Part shown: positions 8,647 through 16,263 of the stretch, in pieces | Layout of the letters: each line of letters opens with the position of its first letter | Numbering within the stretch: the first letter of the stretch is position 1 | From: an uncultured Gammaproteobacteria bacterium | GTDB taxonomy: Bacteria; Patescibacteriota; Microgenomatia; JAMCZE01 | Direction: 5' to 3' | Assembly: GCA_964641255.1 (NCBI GenBank) | Contig: CAZXMM010000001.1 | Coordinates: forward strand, 537,984-601,983 | Length of the DNA stretch: 64,000 nucleotides | Notes under the pieces: generated by a model | Databases searched by the model: none | What the model was told of the DNA's origin: nothing | The model's input: only the letters and a program-made list of their open reading frames with translations | Made by a program: the position numbers and the translations under genes

Positions 8647-10140
8647 ATGTTTCTCGCTGACCGCCTTTTAAACAAGGTAACGATGTACTTCCTAGTTTTA
8701 AACGGACTGGGAATACTCTCAATTATTGCCATTCTTTTGGGCTTTATTGGGCTGCTTCCTTATTCGGGTATTCAATTTTCTATTCTTCTGGCTGTTATCT
8801 ATGGGTCCTGCCTGGCCTTTCACTACACCTTAGCCAAACTCTTTAAAGCTACTACCAATAAAGAATCCTACCGCATTACAGCTCTCATTCTTTTTTTCCT
8901 TCTGTCACCGATCTTTAACTGGACAGACCTAGTAGTTACTATTGTGGCTTGTTTTATCGGGATGGCGTCAAGGTATGCTTTTGCCATTGAAAAAAAACAT
9001 ATCTTCAACCCCGCAGCGATAGCGATTTTCCTCTTAGGGCTGTTTGGTTATGGCAATGCCATTTGGTGGGTAGGAAGCACTGTTCTTTTGCCTTTTGTCC
9101 TTACTTTGGGACTGGCAGTAGTAAGAAAGATTCGAAAGTTTCGGCTGTTCTTGCCTTTCTTGGGAGCTTCCCTCATCACTATTTCTGTCTACGGGGTCGA
9201 TCCAGTCCAAGCCTTAACCTCTTGGCCCCTTATTTTCCTTGGGACCATCATGCTTACCGAGCCTCTTACTACCCCGCCCACAAAGTACAAAGCGATGATC
9301 TATGGAGCACTCGTTGGCATCTTAACCGGAGCTCAGTTTAGTGTTGGACCACTGCATGCCTCCCCCGAATTTGCTCTAGTGGTGGGAAACATTTTCTCCT
9401 ATATTGTAAGTCCTAAGAAAAAACTCTTTAGTGAACTTAAGGAGAGGATTCAACTAGCACCAACGATCTTTGAATTCGTCTTTGCCAAGGACAAAGACTT
9501 TTCTTTTACACCGGGACAATACCTGGAATGGACCATTGCTCACAACCACCCTGACAGTAGGGGCAACAGGCGCTACTTTACGATTGCCTCTTCTCCCACC
9601 GAAAAAGATTTAAGACTGGGAGTCAAGATAGTTGAAGGTAGTTTTAGTAGTGCCAAAAAGACGCTGCTTGGAATGGAACTCGGGACTAAAATAGTTGCCT
9701 CCCAGCTAGCCGGTGATTTTATTCTTCCTAAAGATGACAAGCAAAAACTGGCCTTCATTGCGGGGGGAATTGGGGTGACTCCCTACAGAAGTATTATTAA
9801 ATATCTTCTGGATAAAAAAGAAAAGAGAGATATTATTTTTTTCTATACCTGTGGTAGTGAAAGCGAATTTGTTTACAGGGATATCTTTGCTCAAGCTGTC
9901 AGTGAACTGGGAATAAAAGTAATCTATGTAATTACGGAGGAAGATAAAGCACCCGAAAACTGGAGCGGGGAAAGGGGCAGAATCAGCAAAGAGATACTTG
10001 AGAAACACATTTCTGATCTGAAAGAAAGAAAATTTTATCTTTCTGGACCCAATGCTATGGTGGAGTCGTACGACCAGTTAATAAGAAGCATGGGGGTAGG
10101 CAGAGGTAAAATTGTTAAAGACTACTTCCCGGGGTTTTAA
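8647..10140 (+). CDS. Membrane-bound flavoprotein oxidoreductase: N-terminal polytopic membrane domain fused to an FNR-type FAD/NAD(P)-binding reductase domain
   Basis: About 250 aa with 6-7 TM helices. Then RRYFTIASSP (FAD-binding RxYS motif) and GGIGVTP (NAD(P)-binding GGxGxxP), with a C-terminal YLSGP. Confidence 0.6.
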   Translation: MFLADRLLNKVTMYFLVLNGLGILSIIAILLGFIGLLPYSGIQFSILLAVIYGSCLAFHYTLAKLFKATTNKESYRITALILFFLLSPIFNWTDLVVTIVACFIGMASRYAFAIEKKHIFNPAAIAIFLLGLFGYGNAIWWVGSTVLLPFVLTLGLAVVRKIRKFRLFLPFLGASLITISVYGVDPVQALTSWPLIFLGTIMLTEPLTTPPTKYKAMIYGALVGILTGAQFSVGPLHASPEFALVVGNIFSYIVSPKKKLFSELKERIQLAPTIFEFVFAKDKDFSFTPGQYLEWTIAHNHPDSRGNRRYFTIASSPTEKDLRLGVKIVEGSFSSAKKTLLGMELGTKIVASQLAGDFILPKDDKQKLAFIAGGIGVTPYRSIIKYLLDKKEKRDIIFFYTCGSESEFVYRDIFAQAVSELGIKVIYVITEEDKAPENWSGERGRISKEILEKHISDLKERKFYLSGPNAMVESYDQLIRSMGVGRGKIVKDYFPGF

Positions 10141-11189
10141 GAAGCTAATCCCAAAAATTCGCCCATCCGCATAGTCTCTGCTTCTAGCTCTTTTTCAAAC
10201 TGTTTGCTCTTTGGTCGGAACTTAACAAAGCCCAAATCCACATTTAAGGCGTTACTAACTACTTTAACATTGGCCCAGCCAATAATATCTTCTTGCCACA
10301 GAAGGGGCATAGCATAGTAGCCGCGAATTCTTTTGGGGGCAGGAGTGTAGGCCTCAAATTGATATAGCCAACCCCACAGATGCTCAAAGCGGTACCGATC
10401 ACGCACTACTGGATCAAAGGGAGTTAAGAATTTAACCGTAGAAGGTACTTCTTCCTCTTTTAATTCCCCTGTTGGGTAGTAGTAAACTAAACCATCAATA
10501 GTTTCTTTAGTTAATTCGCCGCTTGCTACCAGTTGTTTAAGGATGGGCCTCGTATCACCATGCTGGCGATGAATTCGATGAAACGACTGCGCCAAAGTCT
10601 TAGCTGTAACCGGAGCCATAATGCGAACGGTAAGCATGACGAGGCTTTTTAGTCGCTCGGAAGCGGGTAGGGTGGGTTCGGAAATTATGGTTGGTTCATA
10701 AATCCGAAAGCCATTCTCCCTTTTGGCCACCCTGAGGAGTCCATAGTAGTGCAGTCTTTCCAGAGACATCTTACTGGCTCGTGAGTACCCACTCCACCAA
10801 TTAATTTCCCGCCCTTTGCCAAAGTGCTGCTCTAAGTTCTTTGGGTGAATTGCTCCCAACTCACAAACCTTGTCATAGACACTCTTATCAGCTTTCGTAA
10901 GATCGATTTCATTACGAGGATGTAGCAGTAACCAGCTCTCACGAGTAATATAGCCATGAGCAAAGAGGAAGTCTTCCTCAAGACGTAAGTCACAATACGC
11001 CCGGTCGATATCTCCCACATGATAATCTTTTACTCGGTGACGCAGCGTTAGGTCTTGAGCCCTGGCGGGAGAGCGAATGGGATCAATTTGCACAAACTGC
11101 ATTCGCTCTATTGCTTCCTTTAGGGTAGTGGGCGCAAAAAGTGAGTTAGTAAGAGTCAGGTTTTTAAGTTGTTGTTTGGATAGTTTCAT
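10137..11189 (-). CDS. Winged-helix DNA-binding protein, YcaQ/AlkZ-like (putative DNA crosslink-repair glycosylase family)
   Basis: 350 aa. The N-terminal MKLSKQQLKNLTLTNSLF...IERMQFVQIDPI resembles the YcaQ family. Confidence 0.45.
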   Translation of the reverse strand: MKLSKQQLKNLTLTNSLFAPTTLKEAIERMQFVQIDPIRSPARAQDLTLRHRVKDYHVGDIDRAYCDLRLEEDFLFAHGYITRESWLLLHPRNEIDLTKADKSVYDKVCELGAIHPKNLEQHFGKGREINWWSGYSRASKMSLERLHYYGLLRVAKRENGFRIYEPTIISEPTLPASERLKSLVMLTVRIMAPVTAKTLAQSFHRIHRQHGDTRPILKQLVASGELTKETIDGLVYYYPTGELKEEEVPSTVKFLTPFDPVVRDRYRFEHLWGWLYQFEAYTPAPKRIRGYYAMPLLWQEDIIGWANVKVVSNALNVDLGFVKFRPKSKQFEKELEAETMRMGEFLGLAS

Positions 11190-11239
11190 TAACGAATTCT
11201 GTCCTTCATTTTATACCAAAATAATCTAAACTAAGAAGA

Positions 11240-11944
11240 GTGTCCAAAAAACTGCCCAAGAAAAAAGGCAATTGGCATAAAGCCGTAACTATCGGCGCTT
11301 CTGTTCTCGTTGCCTCCGGGGCTTTATGGTTTTTGACCACCGCCAGCGGCAGCAAAATTCCCGTCCCGTCTTATCAAGCCATGCGTGTCGTTGACGGCGA
11401 CACTTTTGAGACCAACGAACGGCAGCTGATCCGCCTTTCGGGAGTTGACGTCCCAGAACTCAAAAACTGTGGCGGCCCAGAAGCCAAAAAAGCTCTGGAA
11501 AAACTCATTTCGGGTAAAAATCTTTACGTCAAAGTGATCTATCGGGACGGCTCCAATCGTCTTATTAGTCATGTTTACAACGATCAAGGTTTTGTTAGTG
11601 CCCAAATGGCTAGACTTGGTAATGCTTACTATCTCGGCAGTGGAGCCAGCGATTCCACTCTTACGGCTGCTTCAGACTATGCCAGAGAGCACAAGCTTGG
11701 CATTTTCAGTTCAAAATGCACTCAAGTTACAAACACTAAACAGCCAGATTGTGTCATCAAAGCCAACAATCGGGACTATTCAAAACCAGGCGCTCCAAAA
11801 CTTTATCATTTCCCAGGTTGCGGCCAGTACGACCACACGCAAGTGGAACTCTATAAAGGTGATCAGTGGTTCTGTACCGAAAGCCAAGCACAAAAAGCTG
11901 GTTATTCCAAAGGTTCAGATTGCTTTGCCAAAAAATGGAGATGA
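11240..11944 (+). CDS. Membrane-anchored thermonuclease (SNase-like) with a Cys-containing C-terminal extension
   Basis: N-terminal TM, then VVDGDTFETNERQLIRLSGVDVPE (the classic staphylococcal nuclease motif). The C-terminal 80 aa contain 6 Cys. Confidence 0.7.
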   Translation: MSKKLPKKKGNWHKAVTIGASVLVASGALWFLTTASGSKIPVPSYQAMRVVDGDTFETNERQLIRLSGVDVPELKNCGGPEAKKALEKLISGKNLYVKVIYRDGSNRLISHVYNDQGFVSAQMARLGNAYYLGSGASDSTLTAASDYAREHKLGIFSSKCTQVTNTKQPDCVIKANNRDYSKPGAPKLYHFPGCGQYDHTQVELYKGDQWFCTESQAQKAGYSKGSDCFAKKWR

Positions 11945-12285
11945 GGTAAAAAAGAGGGGGAGTGTATTTGGCTATTACATCAGATCCTTAATCTCTTGGT
12001 TACTTTTTAGAACTTGATCTATATATGGAACTGGGTACCGTAATTGGCTCGAATCTATGTGTCCGCCGTAGCCTTGGCGTAGGTGGATTTAGCCAGGACG
12101 AGTATATCAAAAAATATCTGCTCGATCCTCATATTCCACTTATCACTGTTGTTAAAATTAGTCTTCGCTATTACATACAGCCCAACCTCAATTGATTTTA
12201 CAACTTAATGTCTTTAAAGACTATCATGAGAAGATTAATCCATTTCTATTTTTAGAAGTGTTTGGGAAACAACGCAAAGATCGAC

Positions 12286-12963
12286 TTACCTCACCTCTTT
12301 AAGTAAAGTTTGCAACATCCATTCCAAAAGAGTAATTCTATCGTCATACCCCTTTTTATCACCCTTTTCTAAGTCACAGCCTAATAAGTCAGCATGCATT
12401 AAAAGAGTTAACTCAATAGCAACATCGTCAACCGTCTCATTAAATATTCGAAAGTATTTTTCTTTGCCTTGATTAGCAATCATTAAATTAAGGATTTCTG
12501 AGATAAAGCCATGATATCTAACTACTCGCTCTACATATGATTCTGCTTTACTATCTAAATCAAATCTTTCTGCAAAATTCTTTACTCTTCCAGCTGCAAT
12601 TAAATCATGACCTGGACACCCGGCTGTCCCATCTGGTTTTTTAACGAGTACATCAGTTTTAGCAATGTCATGAAGTAAAGCGGCGACTTTAAGAGTATTT
12701 TGTCTCGTTTGATTACCAATGACCTCTGATAGATACTTTTTTAATGCATCTTTTTGGTTAAGTTCCAAATTATTAAACTCCAATACCGTTTCAAGACCAG
12801 CATAAACAGCGATGACGTGATCTAGAACATTTTGATTGTTATGCCATAAGCTATTTTCAGTTACTAAGGCTAATTCGTAGTACTCAGGGAATGAAGACAA
12901 ATATGCTTTATCTCTAAGTGATTTTGATGTTACTTGTGATATGTCTATAAAAATTGGTGGCAT
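12286..12963 (-). CDS. HD-domain phosphohydrolase
   Basis: H...LLHDIAK...GHD...YHG...HAD are HD-superfamily metal-binding motifs. The gene lies in an AT-rich segment. Confidence 0.6.
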   Translation of the reverse strand: MPPIFIDISQVTSKSLRDKAYLSSFPEYYELALVTENSLWHNNQNVLDHVIAVYAGLETVLEFNNLELNQKDALKKYLSEVIGNQTRQNTLKVAALLHDIAKTDVLVKKPDGTAGCPGHDLIAAGRVKNFAERFDLDSKAESYVERVVRYHGFISEILNLMIANQGKEKYFRIFNETVDDVAIELTLLMHADLLGCDLEKGDKKGYDDRITLLEWMLQTLLKEVR

Positions 12964-13013
12964 AATTGTCAGTTCCTAGTAACTTTGTGTACATTTCTGT
13001 ACGTAATTGTCAT

Positions 13014-13052
13014 ATGGAGCGGGAGACGCGAATTATTTTGAACTCCTGCTCG
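13014..13052 (-). repeat. Degenerate copy of the 3' end of tRNA-Gly (T-arm plus acceptor 3' strand). Candidate att-site remnant.
   Basis: tggagcgggagacgcgaattattttgaactcctgctcg aligns with 13743-13775, tggagcggggtacgagaattgaactcgcttctc. The match is 9/9, then 8/11, then a 5-nt insertion, then 6/6. Confidence 0.4.
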
Positions 13053-13150
13053 ATTAAATTCTAATTCATTTTAACAAGTTGATGGAGGCTATACTTGTGA
13101 ATAGCCAAAAAAAGTCATGGTTCAAACAATGGTTAGTTTTGTAATACTTC

Positions 13151-13585
13151 TTATCCACATTTCTCACTTGTCCAAGGTGTGACAAAAAGAGCAAAAAACC
13201 CATTTAGTACATTTGAATACCTCCTACAGGTATGACGCGTTTGAAATTTAATTAACTTCCATCCTTTGTTCTGTTTTTCTACAATATATTTATTTTCGGT
13301 AGGGCCAACTGAGTCATCCCCTACGTATTGTTCTTTAACATAAATTTCTAGTCTTTTATTAAAAAGGTTAGTAACAACTCTAATAAGGCCTTTGTTACCT
13401 TTTTCATCCATATGTTTTATGCTCAACCGGTTGGCTAGATCGTCTTGGGAAAGAACATTAAAATCCTTTAAATCTACGTAATGTTGATAGATCCAGTCGG
13501 ATTTAAGCGGAGTCATGAAGCCATAATCAGAAAAGAAAAATCCTATTAATGTCCTAATAAAAATAATTAAATAAATGAATTGCAT
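13151..13585 (-). CDS. Hypothetical small exported protein in the AT-rich islet
   Basis: The ORF is listed as 13151..13609. The likely start is the ATG at 13585, MQFIYLIIFIRTLIGFFF, which is signal-peptide-like. GC is about 33%. No recognisable domain. Confidence 0.35.
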   Translation of the reverse strand: MQFIYLIIFIRTLIGFFFSDYGFMTPLKSDWIYQHYVDLKDFNVLSQDDLANRLSIKHMDEKGNKGLIRVVTNLFNKRLEIYVKEQYVGDDSVGPTENKYIVEKQNKGWKLIKFQTRHTCRRYSNVLNGFFALFVTPWTSEKCG

Positions 13586-13742
13586 ACGAATTTTAAACAC
13601 CAATAGCACTTACTAGTGCAAAACACGCGATAATTTATATTGTTATTTTAACATGAGAATGATGAAATAAATTATTGAATTAAAATAATAATATTAGCGT
13701 TGTATCGGTACATGCGCACATTTGAGGGGACTACTGCCCGTC

Positions 13743-13816
13743 TGGAGCGGGGTACGAGAATTGAACTCGCTTCTCATCCTTGGGAAGGATGCATACTACC
13801 GGTGTACTAACCCCGC
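13743..13816 (-). tRNA. tRNA-Gly (anticodon CCC), CCA encoded
   Basis: Manual fold on the minus strand: GCGGGGT-TA-GTAC-ACCGGTA-GTAT-G-CATCC-TTCCCAA-GGATG-AGAA-GCGAG-TTCAATT-CTCGT-ACCCCGC-T-CCA. The discriminator is U, as expected for Gly. Confidence 0.85.
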
Positions 13817-13891
13817 ACTATTTTTTTAAATTCCTTTCCTTTCGTGTAGGAAATTCTCCTTGTTGCACTAATTACAATTGTTTTTATATAT

Positions 13892-13943
13892 ACTCGCTTC
13901 TCCCCGCCTTTGGCGGGGCATACTACCGGTGTACTAACCCCGC
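13892..13943 (-). repeat. tRNA-Gly-derived pseudo-tRNA fragment: 5' two-thirds, with the anticodon arm replaced by a 7-bp/3-nt hairpin
   Basis: There is an exact 26-nt match to tRNA positions 1-26 (gcatactaccggtgtactaaccccgc) and an 11-nt match to the variable loop plus 5' T-stem (actcgcttctc). Between them, CCCCGCC-TTT-GGCGGGG replaces the 17-nt anticodon arm at the same length. The T-loop and 3' acceptor strand are absent. Confidence 0.55.
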
Positions 13944-13999
13944 GACTGCAAAATATTATATGCCTAATTGAGTTTTTGTGAAACCAAAAGAGCCCCTAG

Positions 14000-14437
14000 T
14001 TAAGGATTGGTTGGTCTGATAGGAACTTTCGGGATAAGAAGTGTTTGGCCAACAGCGATTTGGTCAGGACTATACAGTTTATTGGCTTCCATAATATCAA
14101 TTGAGTTGTTGCCACTGGTGTAATAGTATTCGGCGATACTCCAGAGGTTCTCTCCTTCTTGGACAACATGACTCGTGGGGAGGGCCACGGTACTACTAGC
14201 ACTGGCTAAGCGGTCTTGTTCTAGGACGGGTACCACCGCTTGAATCGGAACAGAGGGGGTACTCCTTTTACCACTCTCGTGCCAATACCTTATTTTGCCA
14301 AGGAGAAAGCCACTAAGGACCAGCACGGTGACTATACCCAGTAGCAGCGCCACTGTTCTTTGGGGGCCGGCATCTGGCACCTTGGCCACAGGAAAGGGCA
14401 TCTCCTGCTCCACACTAAGTACCTGTTTAAGGATCAT
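14000..14437 (-). CDS. LysM domain membrane-anchored protein
   Basis: C-terminal GENLWSIAEYYY...DQIAVGQTLLIP is a LysM domain. The ORF track extends to 14557, but that overlaps the upstream gene. An internal ATG at 14437 (MILKQV) followed by the TM helix TVALLLGIVTVLVLSGF is the more likely start. Confidence 0.6.
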   Translation of the reverse strand: MILKQVLSVEQEMPFPVAKVPDAGPQRTVALLLGIVTVLVLSGFLLGKIRYWHESGKRSTPSVPIQAVVPVLEQDRLASASSTVALPTSHVVQEGENLWSIAEYYYTSGNNSIDIMEANKLYSPDQIAVGQTLLIPKVPIRPTNP

Positions 14438-14441
14438 ATTT

Positions 14442-14849
14442 TTACTTACAGCTAATTCTAAGAACATCGCCAGCCTGCAGAGCTCGATTTCTTTTATAAC
14501 CATTTTCGCTAGCAATAATCTCTGCAAAAGTACTATCACCACAAACCAGTTCAGCAATCTTTGAGAATGAATCGCGCGGGGCTACGACGTAATGGATAGT
14601 GCCTGCAGTATCTGCAAGTCTTTTAATTTCCATCTCTTCAGTCTGTTTCGCCTCTTCCGCCGTTTGTTTAGTTTCTGTGGTAGTACCAATTTGAGTATTT
14701 TGATTTGGTCTCCAGAAGTTACTTCTGGCGGCTACGATTCCCACCACAATAAGGGTAGAGAGCCCGAGCCAAAGTTCTGGTCTAGCCCACTGCCTAGGTT
14801 GGGAAGCCCTAATCGTAGAACCTGATTTTGCTAATTTTTGTTTTGGCAT
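14442..14849 (-). CDS. LysM domain membrane-anchored protein
   Basis: TM helix LGLSTLIVVGIVAA, then DSFSKIAELVCGDSTFAEIIASENGYKRNRALQAGDVLRI (LysM). Confidence 0.6.
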   Translation of the reverse strand: MPKQKLAKSGSTIRASQPRQWARPELWLGLSTLIVVGIVAARSNFWRPNQNTQIGTTTETKQTAEEAKQTEEMEIKRLADTAGTIHYVVAPRDSFSKIAELVCGDSTFAEIIASENGYKRNRALQAGDVLRISCK

Positions 14850-14856
14850 AGTAGAG

Positions 14857-15645
14857 TCACCCCCCGTCTTTTTTATGGGCAGCAGCCACAGTGTCGATTA
14901 TATTTAAGATTTCTTGATTTGTCTGGGGGGAATTTGGCTCATTGTCATAAGCCAGTGTCAAAGTGGAAAAAACTGAGTTACTTGTACTTAAAAACACCTC
15001 AGATTGCCCCTTATTACTGGCTATCAGACTGTGGCGGCTAACTTTTTCTACGATTGGAAGCGCTTTTGGCTTTTGATAGCTTAGGGTATTTGCTTCGCTT
15101 AAAGAATTGACCAGGCTCGTTTCGCCACAGGAAGCTTTAATGAGTTCTCTTAGCGGTACTAATGTCTCTTTGCCGTTTACTTCCAAAGTAACTGTTTCTT
15201 TCTTATCCTGCCAGTTAATAGTCTCTTTCCCGAGGGTTACTACCGCTTTTAACTCCCCGTTACTAAAATCACACACCACAACCGAGTAGGTAGCCTTCGG
15301 ATGCTGTGAAATTAAGGGTAAGAGTCCTTGCGCCAAGGCTTGCTGAAGAGCTAGATCAAACGAGGTACCAATTTGTAATCCCGCGCAGCCTAGGTCGGTA
15401 GTATAGTTTTGTTTGACTTCTTCAAAAAAAAGAGAGTAAGTAGACCCCATGCGATTTAGTCCCTGCTTACTGTCGTAGACAAGAATACCGCTAACATCAA
15501 AAACTTGGGACTCCTTGCACCGGTTCAAGTTCACTGGAAGTACTAGTTCACTGGCTAGTACCGATGACGCTTTTGACAAAGATACTCCAAGGATGATTCC
15601 CAAAGCTATCCCCACCAAGGTTAAGCGGCGTTTTAGTTTGGTCAT
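14857..15645 (-). CDS. Hypothetical N-terminally anchored surface protein
   Basis: Signal/anchor MTKLKRRLTLVGIALGIILGVSL. No recognised domain. Co-oriented with the sortase gene and overlaps it by 4 nt. Confidence 0.35.
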   Translation of the reverse strand: MTKLKRRLTLVGIALGIILGVSLSKASSVLASELVLPVNLNRCKESQVFDVSGILVYDSKQGLNRMGSTYSLFFEEVKQNYTTDLGCAGLQIGTSFDLALQQALAQGLLPLISQHPKATYSVVVCDFSNGELKAVVTLGKETINWQDKKETVTLEVNGKETLVPLRELIKASCGETSLVNSLSEANTLSYQKPKALPIVEKVSRHSLIASNKGQSEVFLSTSNSVFSTLTLAYDNEPNSPQTNQEILNIIDTVAAAHKKDGG

Positions 15646-16121
15646 GGGTGGTTGCTACTATCTAAACTAGCGTGCACCACAAAGCGCTGCTTGTCGTTTT
15701 CCTGGGCACAGGTGTACAGCGTAAGTTGTGGCCCACCAGCGTGTTTTAAGACTGAGAGGTCCTCGGGTTCAACCACTTGAACACTCGTTACTGAGTAGAT
15801 AAACCAATCGAGGCTCGTAAAAATATGGATTTTGTCTCCCACTTTAATTTTAGGCAGGTTGCCAAACAGGTGGGGAAGAGCGTGAGAAAAGATAACGGTG
15901 TTGCCATTACTACCAGGGTAGGCCGTGCCTTGACCAAACGAGGCGCCCGCCAGGCTTACTTGCCAGGTATCATAGGCAACTGGAGCCTCAACTACCGAAA
16001 GATGAATATTGGCTGTGGGAATGGCAATGTGGGTGGGAGGAAGATTAAAGGTGGCCACCACTGGGGTGGCAGCAAGAAAGAACAGTCCAATAAAAAGCCC
16101 GACCACTGCTAAAATTTTCAT
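15642..16121 (-). CDS. Sortase family transpeptidase
   Basis: N-terminal TM, then NTVIFSHALPHLFGNL...GDKIHIFT...YSVTSVQVVEPEDLSVL...QLTLYTCAQ. This carries the sortase His, the TLxTC catalytic Cys, and a downstream basic residue. Confidence 0.7.
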   Translation of the reverse strand: MKILAVVGLFIGLFFLAATPVVATFNLPPTHIAIPTANIHLSVVEAPVAYDTWQVSLAGASFGQGTAYPGSNGNTVIFSHALPHLFGNLPKIKVGDKIHIFTSLDWFIYSVTSVQVVEPEDLSVLKHAGGPQLTLYTCAQENDKQRFVVHASLDSSNHP

Positions 16122-16156
16122 ACGTTTAGTGTCGGGCAGGACAAAATAGCACTTTG

Positions 16157-16230
16157 CGGGACCGACCGGACTCGGACCGGCGACCTCTTCCGTGACAGGG
16201 AAGCGCTCTAACCAACTGAGCTACGATCCC
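16157..16230 (-). tRNA. tRNA-Asp (anticodon GTC)
   Basis: Manual fold: GGGATCG-TA-GCTC-AGTTGGTTA-GAGC-G-CTTCC-CTGTCAC-GGAAG-AGGTC-GCCGG-TCCGAGT-CCGGT-CGGTCCC-G. The discriminator is G, typical of Asp. Confidence 0.85.
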
Positions 16231-16263
16231 AAAGTGTGCTAGAATTTTAACATAGCTACGCTG

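Noticed and set aside
11571-12017. 148-aa plus-strand ORF overlapping the thermonuclease 3' end
   Set aside because: It lies in an alternative frame of a well-supported gene and has low-complexity composition. Treated as spurious.
12040-12110. Possible structured RNA (gtgtccgccgtagccttggcgtaggtggatttagcc) in the AT-rich islet
   Set aside because: No recognisable fold for a tRNA, tmRNA, SRP or RNase P could be built by eye. Left as unannotated intergenic sequence.
13606-13619. Palindrome GCACT-TACT-AGTGC upstream of the 152-aa islet ORF
   Set aside because: It is short, has 5-bp arms, and is a single occurrence. It could be an operator, but the evidence is insufficient.
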